Under the pieces are notes generated by a model that worked only from the letters and a program-made list of their open reading frames with translations, was not told where the DNA came from and did no database searches. The position numbers were made by a program, and so were the translations under genes. From Escherichia phage vB_EcoM_PTE-Eco05, in the sequence record PQ306573.1: DNA of 64,000 nucleotides; one strand, written 5' to 3'. Below are positions 8,722-17,750 of this stretch, one piece after another. Numbering within the stretch: position 1 is the stretch's first letter; every line of letters begins with the position of its first letter.

Positions 8722-9065
8722 CCAAAATGTTGGCTTTAATAGTTGGCTTGGTTTCATTTAACGCTCTTGCTAATACTACATATACTGATGTAACGGAGTA
8801 TACAAACAGAACGGCGTCTGATTATTGTGGTAAAAGTCGAGAGTGTAAAGTAGATTTTTCACAAAAATTGTTATATGCGTATAAAGACGGAGAAAAAGAT
8901 GGGGTGTCTAGTAGGTTCAAGGCGTCTACCTTAATTAAAAGATACTATAAAAAATGGCAAATATTAGAATGCTCGGTGGCGGAACCTAAAGATAAGGCAG
9001 CATGCAATTCTATGGTGGACCGTCTAGTTGACTCTTATACTAGAGGACTTGCAGCAAGTGATTAA
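8718..9065 (+). CDS. small secreted protein
   Basis: N-terminal signal-like MTKMLALIVGLVSFNALA; 115 aa. Confidence 0.5.
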   Translation: MTKMLALIVGLVSFNALANTTYTDVTEYTNRTASDYCGKSRECKVDFSQKLLYAYKDGEKDGVSSRFKASTLIKRYYKKWQILECSVAEPKDKAACNSMVDRLVDSYTRGLAASD

Positions 9066-9522
9066 AAACTATATCAAGGGCGATATTGTCGCCCTGTTTT
9101 CTAAAGGTAATAATATTGCTCACGGGTGTAATTGTTTTCATACAATGGGCGCTGGTGTGGCAGGACAATTAGCAAAGGCTTATCCAAAAATTCTGGAAGC
9201 CGATAAACTTCAAACCGAATTCGGAGACAAGTCTAAACTCGGGACTTATTCGGTTTATGAAAAATATTTTAAGACCCATAAAGCTTATTGCTTTAATCTT
9301 TATACACAGTTTGAGCCGGGACCTAATTTTGAGTACTCTGCTTTAATGAATTGTATAATAGAATTAAATGAATTCGGAAAGAATAAGATAACAAAGCCTG
9401 TAATTTATATGCCAAGAATTGGTGCAGGTATTGGTGGTGGAAACTGGGATGTCATCGAAGAGATTTTAGATACGTATTCCACTAAACTAGAAATTGTGAT
9501 TGTTGATTGGGAACCTAAATGA
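9028..9522 (+). CDS. macro-domain (ADP-ribose-binding/processing) protein
   Basis: GCNCFHTMGAGVAGQ and PRIGAGIGGGNW resemble macro-domain Gly-rich loops; track start is TTG and true start is uncertain. Confidence 0.7.
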   Translation: MTLILEDLQQVIKNYIKGDIVALFSKGNNIAHGCNCFHTMGAGVAGQLAKAYPKILEADKLQTEFGDKSKLGTYSVYEKYFKTHKAYCFNLYTQFEPGPNFEYSALMNCIIELNEFGKNKITKPVIYMPRIGAGIGGGNWDVIEEILDTYSTKLEIVIVDWEPK

Positions 9523-9701
9523 AATTAACTAAAGAAGAGAAAGCTAAACTGTTCGAACTTATCCATGACCTATTGGATGAACAAGCAGCCACCAATGCGT
9601 ACGATGAATATGCTCCTTTAACAGATGAAGAATATCACGCATTGATGGAATCATTTGACAGGAAAGAACAAGAACTCATTGACTACGTGAATTCACTATA
9701 A
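9519..9701 (+). CDS. hypothetical acidic protein
   Basis: 60-aa ORF. Confidence 0.45.
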   Translation: MKLTKEEKAKLFELIHDLLDEQAATNAYDEYAPLTDEEYHALMESFDRKEQELIDYVNSL

Positions 9702-9710
9702 GGGACTCTT

Positions 9711-10292
9711 ATGGCTAGTTTAATTTTTACATATGCCGCTATGAACGCTGGTAAGTCTGCTTCATTACTTACCGCCGCACATAACTATAAAGAACGTGGC
9801 ATGGGTGTATTAGTTCTTAAACCGGCTATTGATACTCGCGATTCAAAAGGTGAAATAGTCTCTCGTATTGGTATTCGTCAGGACGCCAATATAATTACAA
9901 AAGACATGGATATCTTTGAATTCTATAAATGGGCTGCAGCACAAAAGGATATTCACTGCGTATTTGTTGACGAAGCTCAGTTCTTAACTACTGAAAAGGT
10001 GTATCAACTTAGTCGTATTGTTGACGTATACAATGTGCCGGTAATGGCATACGGACTACGAACAGATTTTAAAGGTAATCTATTTGAAGGTTCTCAAGCA
10101 TTAATGGCTATTGCCGATAAGCTTGTTGAACTTAAAGGTGTCTGTCATTGTGGTAAAAAGGCCACAATGGTAGCTAGAGTCACGGAAGACGGACTTCCAA
10201 TTACGGATGGCAGTCAAATTGAAATTGGTGATACCGATAGATATGTGTCATTATGCCGGAAGCATTGGAATGATTTGACAGGGTTGTTATAA
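9711..10292 (+). CDS. tk: thymidine kinase
   Basis: 193 aa; P-loop NAGKSASLL, VDEAQF and Zn-ribbon CHCGKKAT...LCRKH. Confidence 0.95.
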   Translation: MASLIFTYAAMNAGKSASLLTAAHNYKERGMGVLVLKPAIDTRDSKGEIVSRIGIRQDANIITKDMDIFEFYKWAAAQKDIHCVFVDEAQFLTTEKVYQLSRIVDVYNVPVMAYGLRTDFKGNLFEGSQALMAIADKLVELKGVCHCGKKATMVARVTEDGLPITDGSQIEIGDTDRYVSLCRKHWNDLTGLL

Positions 10293-10319
10293 ATACTAAT
10301 ATCTAACCAAGAGGTATAT

Positions 10320-10532
10320 ATGCAGCAATTAAACGAAAGACAACTTCGTAATCTTACTGTAACCCAATTGGATGAAATCCGAAGAGAATTAGGACATTCT
10401 ATTTCTCATTTAAACGAGGATATCCGTCAAACTGGTTCTAAAGCTGATTATACACGCAAGCGCAAGCTGGAAAAATACCTCACAGATGTTAAGGCCGTCC
10501 AAAGGCGAAAAATAAATACTGGCCAAAATTAA
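10320..10532 (+). CDS. hypothetical basic protein
   Basis: 70-aa ORF. Confidence 0.45.
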   Translation: MQQLNERQLRNLTVTQLDEIRRELGHSISHLNEDIRQTGSKADYTRKRKLEKYLTDVKAVQRRKINTGQN

Positions 10533-10544
10533 CAGGAGGCCTAT

Positions 10545-10847
10545 ATGGCCTTAAGAGCGATAGCTGTCATGGCGATGCTGGGGTTTTTTGCAGCAACAAC
10601 TCCTATCGTTGGTACTGCATATATCGACCCATATTTTGATAACTTTATGGAATCAGGGATTAAAAACGTATATACTTTGTTTGAAATTCAAAATGTCGAG
10701 AATTCTGAAAAATTCTATAAGTATATGGCAAAGCATTACAAAAATAGCCCCTGTGATGATGCATTTGAATGTCATGAACAAGGCATAAAAACTGCCAGAC
10801 AATTTGCTGAGTTCATGAAAATAAAATTAGAGCCTACATCTATCTAA
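10545..10847 (+). CDS. small secreted Cys-containing protein
   Basis: signal-like N-terminus MALRAIAVMAMLGFFAA. Confidence 0.5.
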   Translation: MALRAIAVMAMLGFFAATTPIVGTAYIDPYFDNFMESGIKNVYTLFEIQNVENSEKFYKYMAKHYKNSPCDDAFECHEQGIKTARQFAEFMKIKLEPTSI

Positions 10848-10854
10848 TTTACTA

Positions 10855-10881
10855 GCCCCTTCCTTATGGTTGGGGCTTTTT
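10855..10881 (+). terminator. rho-independent terminator
   Basis: GCCCC...GGGGC stem followed by a T-run. Confidence 0.5.
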
Positions 10882-10882
10882 G

Positions 10883-10890
10883 TATAAATA
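10883..10890 (+). promoter_or_regulatory. T4 late promoter motif TATAAATA
   Basis: exact TATAAATA 25 nt upstream of the ATG at 10915. Confidence 0.4.
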
Positions 10891-10914
10891 TCCTTGTAAA
10901 CTAAGAGAGGATAT

Positions 10915-11472
10915 ATGAAATTTTTAAAATATGTAAGTTGGGTTGTTCTTGTTCCTATAGATTGGATCGCAGCGATTTTAGCAATTATTCTAGCACCATT
11001 TGTAGTTCCATTCCATAGTGAAAAAACCGGTAAACTACCTTATGGCTTTGACTGGATGATGACTTACGATAATCCTATCGATGGTGACCGCGGCCATGTT
11101 GAACGTTGGTCTAAAATACGTAAAATTCCTGTTATAGGTAAATATGCTCAACGCGTAGCTTGGCTATGGCGCAACAAAGCATATAATTTTTCGTATCATG
11201 TTTTAGGTCGCGAAGCTTCATCAGAATGGCACTATAAAGGCAACGCCGAAACTAAATCTGGATCTCCTGATCCGGCACATCATGGATATCTTTTAGTTTG
11301 GAACGAGTCGGCATGGGGATTATTCGCTGCTATACCTTATCTTAAGGTTGGTGGTATTACATTTTATCTGCGTGTTTACTGTGGTTGGAAACTTAAGAGT
11401 CTTTTGAGTCGTCCTATTCCACGCGCAATGCTTTCATTCCATATCAACCCTTTACGATATTACAAAAACTAA
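10915..11472 (+). CDS. membrane protein
   Basis: 185 aa; hydrophobic N-terminus. Confidence 0.55.
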   Translation: MKFLKYVSWVVLVPIDWIAAILAIILAPFVVPFHSEKTGKLPYGFDWMMTYDNPIDGDRGHVERWSKIRKIPVIGKYAQRVAWLWRNKAYNFSYHVLGREASSEWHYKGNAETKSGSPDPAHHGYLLVWNESAWGLFAAIPYLKVGGITFYLRVYCGWKLKSLLSRPIPRAMLSFHINPLRYYKN

Positions 11473-11474
11473 TC

Positions 11475-11507
11475 AAAGCCCCTTCCGAAAGGTTGGGGCT
11501 TTTTTGC
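11475..11507 (+). terminator. rho-independent terminator (GNRA-loop hairpin plus T-run)
   Basis: AAAGCCCCTTCCGAAAGGTTGGGGCTTTTTTG. Confidence 0.55.
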
Positions 11508-11571
11508 ATTTAGCAGTTTACTTCTCCTCAGGTTGTGTTATAGTAGACCTTACTTACTAGAGGAGAACGTT

Positions 11572-11751
11572 ATGTCACGTAAAGAAAAAATTTCTAAGTT
11601 AATGTTTTTGATTGAAGAGTACGCTAACGCTGTATCCGATTGGGAAAATGCTCATGGTTGCGAAGATGGAGACATCGACATTAACAGAGCTATGAAAAAG
11701 ATGGCTGATACGCACACCGAATTACAAATGTATGTTAACGAGATTATGTGA
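11572..11751 (+). CDS. hypothetical protein
   Basis: ATG 11572 with GAGGAG RBS; early-promoter-like GTTTAC at 11516. Confidence 0.45.
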   Translation: MSRKEKISKLMFLIEEYANAVSDWENAHGCEDGDIDINRAMKKMADTHTELQMYVNEIM

Positions 11752-11758
11752 GGATATT

Positions 11759-11965
11759 ATGCTTTACGATTATACTGGAAAATCCGAAGATGGTGTACTT
11801 GAACTTTTACCTGAAAGCGTTGAAGATGATGATACGGTGGTGATGTTTTGTAAAAATGGTCCTGGGGATAAGGGATGGATTTATCTTCGCCAAGAAAATG
11901 ACCTAATTGTTTTGGACCCTAAACAAGTTGAAGAACTTTATCAACATTTAAAACACAATCGGTAG
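11759..11965 (+). CDS. hypothetical protein
   Basis: ATG 11759 after GAGGA; the track's longer ORF starts at 11732. Confidence 0.45.
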   Translation: MLYDYTGKSEDGVLELLPESVEDDDTVVMFCKNGPGDKGWIYLRQENDLIVLDPKQVEELYQHLKHNR

Positions 11966-12244
11966 TTTACATCTTGATAGGACTATGGTATAGTAGTCCT
12001 ACCAAAACAAATGGAGAACAAAATGAAACTTTTGCTTATCGCTTATGTTGTAGTACAATATAATTATCCGATGTTTACTTATAACATGGTAAACGGCATA
12101 GTGAATCTTATTGAAACGAGTATGGTAAAATGACCTGTGAACAAGCTAATAAATTGATGGATATTATTTAATTTTATAGAAATCAGGTTGATGCGTGCCA
12201 GAATGCTTTGGTGAATTTTGTTGAAACTTTAATTGGTGAATAAT

Positions 12245-12778
12245 ATGAAAACTGTAATTGAAACAACCGAGTTGTTTGGTGATTTATGTATCGAAAAACG
12301 TGGTTATGTGTATGTTCTGACACAAGAAGATGATGCTGCTACTATTCTTCCTATGGAACTGGATAAGATTTTAAAACTCAATCCGTCTGGACGTCGTCGA
12401 GAGGTAATTAACATTGGTGAAGACCTCCAAGTTCGTTTTTATCCTGGTCTTTACAACGCGGCCAATATCGAAACTGAAGACGAATGTTTTTCTATTAATA
12501 ATTGGAAAACATTCGTCACTAAGGTGAAAGAATTAATGGAATCTGAAACAGCCAAAAAGGCCAAACTTCAATGGGCTAAATGCCGTAATGCTTTTATTAC
12601 AAATCAGGACCGCCCTGACTATACAACAGTCCTGGGAGTTAATCCTTCTTATGAAGACGGTGATGTCGTAGTTATTCGCCAAATTGATGACCTTCGTCAA
12701 CATATCATTACATTAGACAAAGATGAAGCAGTTGCTCTTAAAGCTTATCTCGATTCTATTATCCCAACTTTGAAATAA
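12245..12778 (+). CDS. hypothetical protein
   Basis: in-frame ATG 12245; track ORF begins at a TTG at 12233. Confidence 0.55.
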   Translation: MKTVIETTELFGDLCIEKRGYVYVLTQEDDAATILPMELDKILKLNPSGRRREVINIGEDLQVRFYPGLYNAANIETEDECFSINNWKTFVTKVKELMESETAKKAKLQWAKCRNAFITNQDRPDYTTVLGVNPSYEDGDVVVIRQIDDLRQHIITLDKDEAVALKAYLDSIIPTLK

Positions 12779-12787
12779 GGAATTATT

Positions 12788-13261
12788 ATGATTATCAATG
12801 AAAACTCTTGGCATTTTAAAATTTATGCCGCGTTCAATAGTACACGGAATCGCCCGAAAACGTTGTGTGCTTATTTTTGGAAAACGTTAATCCCGGTATT
12901 GTCTGTTTCAATTATTGGATTTGCGATTTTAGCAGCAGTCATAATCATTGGCCAGGAAATTTTAACTAAATTCTTTGTTTTTAGCAGTCTATGGACATTA
13001 GTTCCAGCCTCAATTGGTGTAGGCATTTTAATGGTAGCAGTCATGGCTTTTATTGCTGCTGGGTTGGTAATTGGTCCGTCTTGGTTGTTAGACAAATATA
13101 ACGACAGAAAATATTATAAAGAAATTGAGCTCATTGCACAAAACCAAGAACGAATTAAAAATGGACTGGAGCCTATTGAACGTAAGAAATCATTAATAGG
13201 CGAATACCTTAAAGCTCGTAAAGAAAAAGTCTGTCCTACTCTTGAATATAAGGCTAAATGA
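12788..13261 (+). CDS. membrane protein
   Basis: 157 aa with long hydrophobic segments. Confidence 0.55.
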   Translation: MIINENSWHFKIYAAFNSTRNRPKTLCAYFWKTLIPVLSVSIIGFAILAAVIIIGQEILTKFFVFSSLWTLVPASIGVGILMVAVMAFIAAGLVIGPSWLLDKYNDRKYYKEIELIAQNQERIKNGLEPIERKKSLIGEYLKARKEKVCPTLEYKAK

Positions 13262-14247
13262 TGAAAACGATTGTTAAGGCTTACTTTGGTAGCCACCTTT
13301 ATGGAACGTCTACTCCTGAATCTGACATCGATTTTAAAGAAATTTATGTCCCTCATGCTCGTGATATCTTGACCGGTAACGTTAAAGAACACATGAGCAA
13401 GAACACGAATAACACATCTTCTAAGAACACAAAAGACGACGTGGACCATGAGTTGTATAGTCTCAAATATTTCTTTAAACTATCTGCGGATGGTGAAACC
13501 GTCGCATTAGATATGCTTCACACTCCACAAAGTCTAGTAGTTAAATCTGATTTGCCTGATGTATGGAAGTATATTCAAGATAACAGGTCTCGTTTCTATA
13601 CCACTAACATGAAATCTTATTTAGGGTATGTCCGTAAACAAGCTTCTAAATACGGTGTCAAGGGTTCTCGACTGGCTGTTCTTCGTCAAGCCCTTAAACG
13701 TTCTAATGAATGGGGACAATACTTTGATAATGGTGCAGTAATTCGTTTATCACATATGAAGAATGTTCTGCCTGTAGGTGAATTTGCTTCGTGGGTTGAA
13801 ACCGAAAACGAGAAAACAGGTAAGCAAACATTCTATAATCTGTTAGACCGTAAATTCCAAGACACGTTAACCAATAAAGAGTTCAATGCCATCCTGGTTA
13901 AACTGGAAGAGAACTATGGTGAACGTGCTCGTAAGGCGGAAGCCAACGAAGGTATTGACTGGAAAGCATTGAGTCATGCATGTCGTGGTGGACTTCAACT
14001 ATTGGAAATTTACAAAACCGGCGACCTGGTTTACCCACTTCAGGATGCTCCATTTATTCTCGATGTTAAGCTTGGTAAACATACGTTTAAAACTGTACAA
14101 GAATTCCTAGAAGATATCGTTGAACAAGTTGAACAAGCATCAGAACAAGCCGCTAAGAACGGTATGCAACAAAAAGTAGATATGAGTTTCTGGGATGACT
14201 TCCTTGAACAAGTCTACTTAGAAAACCACAATTCGTACTATAAATGA
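13258..14247 (+). CDS. Pol-beta-superfamily nucleotidyltransferase-like protein
   Basis: GSHLYGTSTPESDIDF fits the G[SG]x9-13DxD nucleotidyltransferase signature. Confidence 0.6.
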   Translation: MMKTIVKAYFGSHLYGTSTPESDIDFKEIYVPHARDILTGNVKEHMSKNTNNTSSKNTKDDVDHELYSLKYFFKLSADGETVALDMLHTPQSLVVKSDLPDVWKYIQDNRSRFYTTNMKSYLGYVRKQASKYGVKGSRLAVLRQALKRSNEWGQYFDNGAVIRLSHMKNVLPVGEFASWVETENEKTGKQTFYNLLDRKFQDTLTNKEFNAILVKLEENYGERARKAEANEGIDWKALSHACRGGLQLLEIYKTGDLVYPLQDAPFILDVKLGKHTFKTVQEFLEDIVEQVEQASEQAAKNGMQQKVDMSFWDDFLEQVYLENHNSYYK

Positions 14248-14249
14248 TA

Positions 14250-14267
14250 AGGGCCTTCGGGCCCTTT
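14250..14267 (+). terminator. rho-independent terminator (UUCG tetraloop)
   Basis: GGGCCTTCGGGCCCTTT. Confidence 0.55.
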
Positions 14268-14353
14268 AGGGGGTGAAAATATTTTTAAAAAGTAGTGTAC
14301 ATGCTTTTAGGATATGTTATTATAGACCTATCAAAACAAGAGGAGAAAACAAA

Positions 14354-14572
14354 ATGAAAACCAAAATGTTAGAAATGATTCGTGAAGCTGGTGATAAAGG
14401 TCTTATGGTTAACACTCGTGATGCAGACCAACGTCAAGCATTCGGTGAACTGAAATCTAAAGGTCTTGTTAAAGCATCCTTGGGAATCGGTAATGCATTA
14501 CGAGTCACTTTGACTCCTGCTGGTAAAGCAGTGTTCTTTCAACCTCTTACCAAAAAATCTCGTCGCAAATAA
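14354..14572 (+). CDS. hypothetical small basic protein
   Basis: ATG 14354 after AGGAG; promoter-like GTGTAC-17nt-TATTAT at 14295-14323. Confidence 0.5.
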   Translation: MKTKMLEMIREAGDKGLMVNTRDADQRQAFGELKSKGLVKASLGIGNALRVTLTPAGKAVFFQPLTKKSRRK

Positions 14573-14642
14573 TTGTTTACTTTTGCTTTAAACATGTTAT
14601 TATAGACCTATCGAAACGAAATGAGTAAATTTGGAGAATAAA

Positions 14643-15623
14643 ATGTTCAACGTTCAAATCAAAAAAGGTATCTATCGTAATAACGAAATCTCTGGTTCTT
14701 ATGTCGCCACAAAGACATGGTTCCCGGCAAAGCTTAATCCTGAATGTTCCCACTTAGGTGACGGTAAAATTTTCGTTATGATTGATGGTTCTGAACGTGG
14801 AGTATGGGTCTTCAAATCAGACATCATAATGGAAGGAGTTGAGACATCACCAGTTGCAGTTGCTGAAAGCACTGAAGATATGAAAACTCGTATCAACAAA
14901 CGCTTTAAAGTAATGAACATGATGACGAATGGCATTATTGATGGCAAAATTCGTTCACTCATTATTTCAGGTGCAGCCGGTATTGGTAAGACGTATTCTC
15001 TGGATAAAGCACTTAATAGTGCTAATGATAACGGTTTCATCAAATACAAAAGCATTAATGGTAAAATCTCTGGTATTGGCCTTTACGAACAACTTTGGCT
15101 CAACCGTGATGCAGACAGCGTTCTCTTAATCGACGACGTTGATGTATTCTCAGATATGGACATCTTGAACCTTCTTAAAGCAGCATTAGATACCGGAGAT
15201 AAACGCAAAGTTTGTTGGAGCACTGCGTCATCTTATCTCGATGATAAGGGTATTGATAAAGAATTCGAGTTTGAAGGTACTATCGTTTTCATTACAAACG
15301 TTGATATCGATAAAGAGTTAGAACGCGGTTCTAAACTTGCTCCACACCTTCAAGCTTTAGTATCTCGTTCAGTGTATCTCGATCTTGGAGTACACTCTAA
15401 TGAAGAGATTATGGTTCGAGTTGAAGATGTAATATTATCTACTGACATGATGCAGAAACGTGGTCTGACGGATGCAGAAACGTATAAAGCATTGTCCTGG
15501 ATGAAGGCTAACGTATCTCGTCTTCGCAATGTATCATTACGTACGGCTCTTTATGTAGCAGATTTTATTTCAACTGATAAAGATGGTTGGGAGGAAATCT
15601 CTGAAGTAACTTTACTGAAATAA
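14643..15623 (+). CDS. AAA-type ATPase
   Basis: Walker A GAAGIGKT and Walker B VLLIDDVD. Confidence 0.65.
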   Translation: MFNVQIKKGIYRNNEISGSYVATKTWFPAKLNPECSHLGDGKIFVMIDGSERGVWVFKSDIIMEGVETSPVAVAESTEDMKTRINKRFKVMNMMTNGIIDGKIRSLIISGAAGIGKTYSLDKALNSANDNGFIKYKSINGKISGIGLYEQLWLNRDADSVLLIDDVDVFSDMDILNLLKAALDTGDKRKVCWSTASSYLDDKGIDKEFEFEGTIVFITNVDIDKELERGSKLAPHLQALVSRSVYLDLGVHSNEEIMVRVEDVILSTDMMQKRGLTDAETYKALSWMKANVSRLRNVSLRTALYVADFISTDKDGWEEISEVTLLK

Positions 15624-15761
15624 GCTTATAGGAAGTTCTGAGGTGACAAAAGCCATAAAGATGAATAATCATACGGCTTACCTCAAAGAAGGACACCAGG
15701 AACCTACTGAGGGCATAGGAATATTTAAAAATAATGATGTACAAATCAAAGAGGATATGTT

Positions 15762-16049
15762 ATGGATTTTATGCAAAAAATTAAAGCCGCAGTCGAACTC
15801 TATGCTCATCGTATGGTTAGTTCTACAATGCAATATAGCGAGGAGGTTCGCCAGGTCTCTTCCTTGAAAGGAAAAACTAAAGCCTTAATTACCTTAGATC
15901 GTTTGCAAAAGAATGCTATAGAGATGCTCCAGTACGACAAGGGTGTATATAAGAAAGAGCAGGAAGAGAAACTTAAATCTGAAAAATTACAAAAAATCCC
16001 GAAGTCTGTTTGGTTCAGTGGAAAAAATACCGAAAAAAGTTTCTTTTAG
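15762..16049 (+). CDS. hypothetical protein
   Basis: 95-aa ORF. Confidence 0.45.
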   Translation: MDFMQKIKAAVELYAHRMVSSTMQYSEEVRQVSSLKGKTKALITLDRLQKNAIEMLQYDKGVYKKEQEEKLKSEKLQKIPKSVWFSGKNTEKSFF

Positions 16050-16051
16050 TT

Positions 16052-16080
16052 GTTTACAAGGTCTATGGTTATGTTATTAT
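16052..16080 (+). promoter_or_regulatory. early promoter (GTTTAC, 17 nt, TG-extended TATTAT)
   Basis: flanked by inverted copies AGGTCTAT / ATAGACCT. Confidence 0.5.
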
Positions 16081-16107
16081 AGACCTATCAACTACTGGAG
16101 GTAAAAC

Positions 16108-16635
16108 ATGAACGCTAAAGATATTTTCAACCTGGTAAATTATAACGACGGTAAATTTAAATCTGAAGCACAAAGCAAGTTCTTTAATGACATTGCTTAT
16201 GGTAACGAGATTACCGTGGACGGAGGTCAGATTTTCAAATCTCGCTGGAATTGGATTGTTATCATCGATTCAGTTGGAATTGTGGAAGTCTACAAAAACA
16301 CTAACAAAAAACGTACATTATTCTGGTCTCGTGAAACTAACGAGCAGTACAAAAAGGATAAAGCATCTCGTTTATCCAAAGTAACCCAGGAAGATATCGA
16401 GTTTATCAAGAAAGATATCGAGATGTACGAAAATTTAATCGCTGAAGACCAGGCAGTACTCGATAAGTTTGATGAAATTAAAGCTTCTCGTGAAATCCCT
16501 GACTTCATGAAAGAAGCAGTAAACGAACGATACGCTCTCACTTCAGAACGTATTGCAAACTATACAAAACAGAAAGCAGAACGTATTAGTACTCTTCGGA
16601 AATTTGAAGAACGTTTAAAGACGGTTCACGCATAA
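16108..16635 (+). CDS. hypothetical protein
   Basis: 175-aa ORF. Confidence 0.55.
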   Translation: MNAKDIFNLVNYNDGKFKSEAQSKFFNDIAYGNEITVDGGQIFKSRWNWIVIIDSVGIVEVYKNTNKKRTLFWSRETNEQYKKDKASRLSKVTQEDIEFIKKDIEMYENLIAEDQAVLDKFDEIKASREIPDFMKEAVNERYALTSERIANYTKQKAERISTLRKFEERLKTVHA

Positions 16636-16697
16636 ACGCTTTACCCAAGGACGGGTTATAATGGTTTTGAGTTCCAATTCAATCTGAGGAAATAGTT

Positions 16698-17693
16698 ATG
16701 AGCATTACATCTGATGCGGTAAAACATGAAATTAACGGTTTATGTGCTTCACAGATTAAAGTATGGTTTAAAGACCATAACGATCGCAGAGCACTTAATT
16801 ATGAGCAAATTGCTATCCAAGTTCATCAATTACTGACTAGTAAATTTGATTTTCATATGCCGTCTGAAATCTATACTAATCTGCCGCGAGCACTTATTAA
16901 AGCGTGTAAAGGTTATGGAAAATCAATGGCTGATGGAATCTTCAGCGCGCTGAATAAACTTAACGTTCTGTCGATGATTAACTCTAACAACATCCTGCGT
17001 AATCTAGGACGTACTGATTTGTTCGGCCGTGAACAGGGTAAAATGCCTTTGAAATGGATTGTTGCTCATCTTAACGAGAACCAAACACGTTTTATGGCCG
17101 TAACAGCACGTTTACAAATGGGCCTAGATCGTCAGATGAACTTTAAAACTCATCAGCGTTATTCAGGTTCAACAGACTTTTATAAATGCGAGCTTCAAAA
17201 GGTTGCAGGTAAAACCGTTTTAGTGGTTCGTGTAACGTTTGAAGGACGACGTCAAGGATATTTTGACCTAATCGGCTCCGGTCTTAAACATTGTGGATTT
17301 ATCGACGAAGTTGATATCAAGCGAGACGGCGTTGGATACCGTATTGGGTATGTTTGTACTCTTAAAGAAGAGATTTCAGGACCAGCTCCAGGACTAAAAG
17401 ACGTTAGATATAAAGACGAGCTCGTTGAAGAAATAAAAGAAGTTGAATATGATATCAACCAAGAAGATGCTCTTAAAGACCTTATTGATGAACTGAACCA
17501 AGACGTTATTCCGGTTCAGAAATTTGAATCAAAACATGCTGAGCAAATCAAATACTTTGAAGCTTTGATTAACGAACTTAATGTAACTATTCAACAGACT
17601 GACGATGAAATCTCACGATTAGCAGGCTTAAACGGTAAAAATAAAACAGAACGAGCTAATCTTATTCAGGTAGTAAAACTTCTTAAGGAATGA
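16698..17693 (+). CDS. hypothetical protein with C-terminal coiled coil
   Basis: 331-aa ORF; middle-promoter-like CGCTTTA-13nt-TATAAT at 16634-16662. Confidence 0.55.
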   Translation: MSITSDAVKHEINGLCASQIKVWFKDHNDRRALNYEQIAIQVHQLLTSKFDFHMPSEIYTNLPRALIKACKGYGKSMADGIFSALNKLNVLSMINSNNILRNLGRTDLFGREQGKMPLKWIVAHLNENQTRFMAVTARLQMGLDRQMNFKTHQRYSGSTDFYKCELQKVAGKTVLVVRVTFEGRRQGYFDLIGSGLKHCGFIDEVDIKRDGVGYRIGYVCTLKEEISGPAPGLKDVRYKDELVEEIKEVEYDINQEDALKDLIDELNQDVIPVQKFESKHAEQIKYFEALINELNVTIQQTDDEISRLAGLNGKNKTERANLIQVVKLLKE

Positions 17694-17750
17694 TGTACAA
17701 CCAAGGATGGTTGGAGTATAATGAACCTATCTTAACGAGAGGAAAATATT

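Noticed and set aside
14583-14613. MotA box TTTGCTTTA suggesting a middle promoter
   Set aside because: The spacing to the -10 is only ~7 nt; it sits in the spacer of a GTTTAC early promoter, so it is probably not a functional MotA site.
15643-15867. 74-aa ORF overlapping the 15762-16049 ORF in another frame
   Set aside because: Overlaps a better-supported ORF with an RBS; only its first ~40 codons are non-overlapping; not called.
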